NCBI GenBank assembly: GCA_040772365.1
Contig: JAXGYI010000008.1
Coordinates: 1-58,398, forward strand
Reading direction: 5' to 3'
Length of the DNA stretch: 58,398 nt
Origin: Candidatus Moraniibacteriota bacterium
Lineage (GTDB): Bacteria > Patescibacteriota > Minisyncoccia > Moranbacterales > GCA-2747515
Every line of letters begins with the position of its first letter. Position 1 is the stretch's first letter. The translations under genes and the position numbers were made by a program. Shown one piece after another: positions 57,070-58,398 of the stretch. Under the pieces are notes generated by a model, which saw only the letters and a list, made by a program, of their open reading frames with translations, was not told where the DNA came from and ran no database searches.

Positions 57070-58182
57070 ATGCTACGGCGATTTTTCAGATATGATCCCC
57101 TCTACGGATCTGCCATTGTGCTTTTAGTGGGATTTGGCACAGTAGCGCTGTGGAGTGTTTTAGTTGGCGATGGTGATAAAAACCATCTTGTTTTTTCACG
57201 TCATATTATATACGTCCTTTTGGGCGGAGGGCTCTTTTGGCTTTTTGCACGTGTAGATTACGGTGTATTACGTGCATACAGCACGGCCTTGTATTTTTTT
57301 TCTATTCTCCTTCTCCTGCTAACACTATTTTTTGGTACGACAGTACGTGGAACCTCAGGTTGGCTTAATCTTGGATTTACTGTTGTGCAGCCAGTGGAAA
57401 TTGTAAAAATTTTTATGATTATCTTTTTGGCACATTTTATTTCTGAAAAGCGCGGAGAACTTGGTGAGGTAGCATCCATCATTACATCATTTGTTTTAGT
57501 GGCAGTTGTGGGTGCGCTTGTGATGCTGCAGCCGGACTTTGGTTCAGCACTCGTCATTTTTGGGATATGGTTTGGTATGATGGTTGTTTCTGGTATGCGT
57601 AAAAGATACCTTGCGGCATTTATTATGCTAGGCGCAGTTATAGCACTTATAGCATGGCAATTTTTTGCACCGTATCAGCGTGATCGCATTTTAGATTTTT
57701 TACACCCCGAACGTGATCCGCGAGGTAGCGGATACAATGTCCTGCAATCGATGATTACCGTAGGAAATGGTGGGGTTTTCGGACGTGGTTTTGGCTATGG
57801 ATCGCAATCGCGTCTCAATTTTTTACCGGAGAAGCATACAGATTTTATTTTTGCCACAGTGGTGGAGGCAGTGGGTTTTGTAGGCGCGACGATTTTATTC
57901 GTGCTCTATGCCATAGTGTTTACGAGGTTTTTCTTAATTGCTCATTATGCTCGCGATGGATTTGGCTACTTTTTATCTGTTGGTGTGCTGGTGCTTTTTT
58001 TTATTCACTTCATAATCAATGTTGGAATGAACGTTGGTGTGTTGCCGGTTACAGGCATTCCGTTACCATTAATTAGCTATGGCGGAAGCTCTTTGGTGAG
58101 CATGCTTGTGGCATGTGGTATCGTAATGAGTGTATACATGCGACGTGAAGCAACAATGACCAGTCATATTGAATCCTATTAA
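57070..58182 (+). CDS. rodA: SEDS peptidoglycan polymerase RodA
   Basis: 'QPVEIVK', 'QPDFGSA', 'YQRDRI', 'GYNVLQS', 'FLPEKHTDFIF', 'TGIPLPLISYGGSS'. Confidence 0.9.
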   Translation: MLRRFFRYDPLYGSAIVLLVGFGTVALWSVLVGDGDKNHLVFSRHIIYVLLGGGLFWLFARVDYGVLRAYSTALYFFSILLLLLTLFFGTTVRGTSGWLNLGFTVVQPVEIVKIFMIIFLAHFISEKRGELGEVASIITSFVLVAVVGALVMLQPDFGSALVIFGIWFGMMVVSGMRKRYLAAFIMLGAVIALIAWQFFAPYQRDRILDFLHPERDPRGSGYNVLQSMITVGNGGVFGRGFGYGSQSRLNFLPEKHTDFIFATVVEAVGFVGATILFVLYAIVFTRFFLIAHYARDGFGYFLSVGVLVLFFIHFIINVGMNVGVLPVTGIPLPLISYGGSSLVSMLVACGIVMSVYMRREATMTSHIESY

Positions 58183-58207
58183 AGATGTGCTACAATGCCA
58201 TTTGTAT

Positions 58208-58280
58208 GGGCCATTAGCTCATTTGGTAGAGCGCATCCATGGCATGGATGAGGTGACCGGTTCGATTCCGGTATGGTCCA
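58208..58280 (+). tRNA. tRNA-Ala (GGC), CCA not encoded
   Basis: Cloverleaf GGGCCAT/ATGGTCC with G3-U70; anticodon arm CATCC-ATGGCAT-GGATG; T-loop GGTTCGATTCC; upstream TGCTACAAT extended -10. Confidence 0.95.
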
Positions 58281-58398
58281 CACGCATAGTGTATGCACTT
58301 GGTGCAAGAGTACTGTTATCCACATATAGTATACATATGCTTTGTATGCTATACTTACCACATAACGATCCATAATCCATAACCAGTAAACAAAAAAA

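Overview
Chromosomal segment of a small-genome bacterium. Gene content and protein style suggest Patescibacteria/CPR, possibly Parcubacteria-Moranbacteria; this assignment is inference. The window holds a surface-glycan block (2 O-antigen-ligase-like proteins, 2 GT2, flippase), then jag-yidC-rnpA-rpmH, DnaA boxes, dnaA-dnaN-dciA and a class A PBP. A six-gene peptide-ligase cluster follows (7TM protein, ATP-grasp/aspartic-peptidase fusion, three more ATP-grasps, a stand-alone cyanophycin-synthetase-like Mur domain), then ruvC-yebC-LTD protein-ruvB. An accessory region at about 25.96-34.5 kb is the most unusual part. There a TrmB-like regulator is divergent from a consensus promoter that drives about 3.5 kb of small ORFs with strong Shine-Dalgarno sites. 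These ORFs are preceded by a roughly 580-nt hairpin-dense leader and separated by hairpin-dense spacers, including a roughly 200-nt element present in 2 full copies and 1 partial copy with pairing-preserving substitutions. Two stand-alone sRNA candidates closed by long terminal stems flank the region. The right half holds a tandem-duplicated PilB/GspE ATPase, a degenerate DHH protein, tsaE, a cyclophilin, a Ca/Na antiporter, an L,D-transpeptidase and uvrA. These are followed by a secreted lipase-like protein with two duplicated putative immunity genes, uvrC, 2-oxoacid:ferredoxin oxidoreductase alpha/beta, rodA and tRNA-Ala(GGC). All alignments and RNA structures were done by eye.
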